DNA of 7,340 nucleotides from a virus: IMG/VR virus record IMGVR_UViG_3300043430_000238; one strand, 5' to 3'. Shown piece by piece: positions 4,973 to 7,340 of this stretch (position 1 is its first letter; each line of letters starts with the position of its first letter). The notes under the pieces were generated by a model. It saw only the letters and a program-made list of their open reading frames with translations, ran no database searches and was not told where the DNA came from. The position numbers and the translations under genes were made by a program.

Positions 4973-5323
4973 ATGAGCGCAATTGAACAACCAATTTTAA
5001 CAATCGCAGGCATCCGTAAATCACAGGGTAATTTCCGTTCTGACGATGGTAAATCTGTTGACTACAGCAACACTGTAGTAACTGTTTTACAGCCGTTTAA
5101 TGAACGTGAGATTGGTGAGGGTGCAATCGGCTTAAAGTCTACAGAGTACAAAATTAAAGGTGCTCAATTCTTCCACGATTATCAGCACGTAGAACTTCCT
5201 GCAAAAGCACAGCTTTTATTCAAGCTTGATGTGTCGGGCAAAGTTCCAGTAGCGCAATTAATTGCTTTGAACTTCGAGCCACATAAGGCTCAAGCAACTA
5301 CGCCAAAGCCTGTAAGTGCGTAA
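4973..5323 (+). CDS. Putative ssDNA-binding protein, gV-like, 116 aa
   Basis: It immediately follows gII, as gV does in Ff. SD TAGGAG at 4959..4964. The segment RKSQGNFRSDDGKSVDYSN loosely resembles M13 gpV TRSGVSRQGKPYSLN. The call is mostly positional. Confidence 0.55.
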   Translation: MSAIEQPILTIAGIRKSQGNFRSDDGKSVDYSNTVVTVLQPFNEREIGEGAIGLKSTEYKIKGAQFFHDYQHVELPAKAQLLFKLDVSGKVPVAQLIALNFEPHKAQATTPKPVSA

Positions 5324-5516
5324 TCGTCACCAGTACGGAACGGTTTATTACAGCCGTTCAATAGGTGTTTTAACTGCAAGTGATTTCAACAAGATCAATG
5401 AACATTTAGAAATCACATTGCAGCAATTACAACAAACAGACTGCGCTGATCAAGCAATAACAGATTTAAAACTCTTGATTCAGAAAGTCAGTCATAACGT
5501 TGGATTAACACGATGA
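5316..5516 (+). CDS. Hypothetical protein, 66 aa, GTG start
   Basis: The ORF has only a GTG start (5316) and no SD. Its stop overlaps the next ORF's start as ATGA (5513..5516), which suggests translational coupling. The C-terminal half looks helical or coiled-coil. Confidence 0.35.
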   Translation: MRNRHQYGTVYYSRSIGVLTASDFNKINEHLEITLQQLQQTDCADQAITDLKLLIQKVSHNVGLTR

Positions 5517-5755
5517 ATATTGATGTTTTAGACGAAGACGGTGCAAGCAACATTGCACACCCTGAATATTTTGCAGAGCCAAAAACTGTCTACTGGGGTA
5601 ATTCATATGCACCAAGTGTAGCTTATCCAAAAGACGAAACAAAACTAACACCTTTTAAATCTGTCACTTGTAGCTCATGCAATAACACATTTGGATGCGT
5701 ACAAGACTACTACAAGCAAGAACTCCACGAATTTTACTGCCTAAACATATTTTAA
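5513..5755 (+). CDS. Hypothetical soluble acidic protein, 80 aa, with four Cys in the C-terminal third
   Basis: The ATG is coupled to the upstream ORF through ATGA. It is on the same strand and tightly packed within the operon. The Cys pattern is C-x2-C-x6-C-x14-C. I recognise no homolog. Confidence 0.5.
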   Translation: MNIDVLDEDGASNIAHPEYFAEPKTVYWGNSYAPSVAYPKDETKLTPFKSVTCSSCNNTFGCVQDYYKQELHEFYCLNIF

Positions 5756-5765
5756 GGATTCGAGT

Positions 5766-5978
5766 ATGCAGATTGAAGATTGCACAGCGACAACGGTAAT
5801 CAATGGTGTCAATTACTGCATGCTCGTTATACATCAAACCTCGTGGATGGATGAGTTAAACGCTTTAGAACCATTAAAAGTTGTTGCGCTCTTAACCACT
5901 ACGATTTTGATTTGGTACACCGCATTTGGCGTACGTACCGTTGTACACACTTTAGGTTCATCAACAAAAGAGGATTAG
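5766..5978 (+). CDS. Hypothetical membrane protein, 70 aa; possible pVII/pIX-type minor coat analogue
   Basis: SD AAGGA at 5754..5758 with a 7-nt spacer. It has one TM segment (LKVVALLTTTILIWYTAFGV) and sits directly upstream of gVIII, where Ff has gVII and gIX. It is larger than Ff pVII/pIX. Confidence 0.5.
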   Translation: MQIEDCTATTVINGVNYCMLVIHQTSWMDELNALEPLKVVALLTTTILIWYTAFGVRTVVHTLGSSTKED

Positions 5979-5981
5979 ACG

Positions 5982-6221
5982 ATGACTAAGAAGCAACTCG
6001 CTCAAAAAGCAAAAAAATACTACAACCGTGCTGTTGTAGCAACTGGCGTGACTATCGTAACTACTGCACCTGCAATGGCTGCAACTGATGGTTCATTTGA
6101 TTTAACAACTGGATTAGTAGCTGCATCAGTTCTGACTGGCGTAGTCGCAGCAGGTACGTTGAAAGCATTACCAACGTTTACGGCTTGGGGCGTACGCAAA
6201 GCATTATCAATGCTTCGCTAA
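5982..6221 (+). CDS. gVIII: Major coat protein pVIII-like, 79-aa precursor
   Basis: SD AAGAGGA at 5968..5974. The signal peptide ends in APAMA/A. The predicted 46-aa mature protein has an acidic N-terminus (ATDGSFDL), a hydrophobic core (GLVAASVLTGVVAAG) and a basic C-terminus (KALPTFTAWGVRKALSMLR). A strong terminator follows. Confidence 0.88.
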   Translation: MTKKQLAQKAKKYYNRAVVATGVTIVTTAPAMAATDGSFDLTTGLVAASVLTGVVAAGTLKALPTFTAWGVRKALSMLR

Positions 6222-6229
6222 TCAAAAAT

Positions 6230-6280
6230 AAAAAAGCGGGGAGGAGCGCACAACCGTACGCACCGCACCCCGCTTTTTTT
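6230..6280 (+). terminator. Rho-independent terminator after the major coat gene
   Basis: GCGGGG 6236..6241 pairs with CCCCGC 6268..6273. An A-run (6230..6235) and a T7-run (6274..6280) flank the stem. The interior forms an additional short GC stem. The placement matches the Ff terminator between gVIII and gIII. Confidence 0.85.
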
Positions 6281-6370
6281 ATGGGAGTACATAAGAAATG
6301 CAATTCTATTTCATCGTCATCACGCTAGTAGCGTTTTGGATTATCTTTGCACCGTAGTTGAGTATTTCTT

Positions 6371-7340
<970 letters not shown>

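Overview
This window is an essentially complete, circularly permuted genome of a filamentous ssDNA phage (inovirus-like), AT-rich by eye. Nt 1..127 are identical to nt 7214..7340, so the unique circle is 7213 nt. The junction falls inside the adsorption-protein gene, within a very long Gly-Thr repeat. Gene order in Ff nomenclature: gIII 3' part (1..684), pVI-like (684..968), pI/Zot ATPase (970..2184), then about 1.55 kb with no convincing plus-strand CDS (2185..3740), then gII replication nickase with nested gX (3741..4961), a gV-like ssDNA-binding protein, three small non-Ff ORFs, the gVIII major coat, a strong terminator, and the gIII 5' part (6371..7340). The 1.55 kb block holds nested hairpins, two pairs of direct repeats, a 388-nt domain closed by a GC-rich stem, two inverted dif-like sites, an f1-like plus-strand origin, and a minus-strand RHH repressor-like gene with TGCATGCAT operator-like repeats. 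No secretin (gIV), integrase or transposase gene is present. The most interesting points are: (1) a CTXphi-style forked-hairpin attP built from two inverted dif-like sites, in a phage whose replication module (gII, gX, nick-site hairpin) is clearly Ff-like; (2) the large structured non-coding domain and its flanking direct repeats, which sit where Ff has gIV; (3) a (Gly-Thr)65 linker in pIII whose true length the assembly cannot establish. All homology statements rest on my recollection of reference sequences (M13/f1 gpII, pI, f1 ori, E. coli dif). No database search was run.
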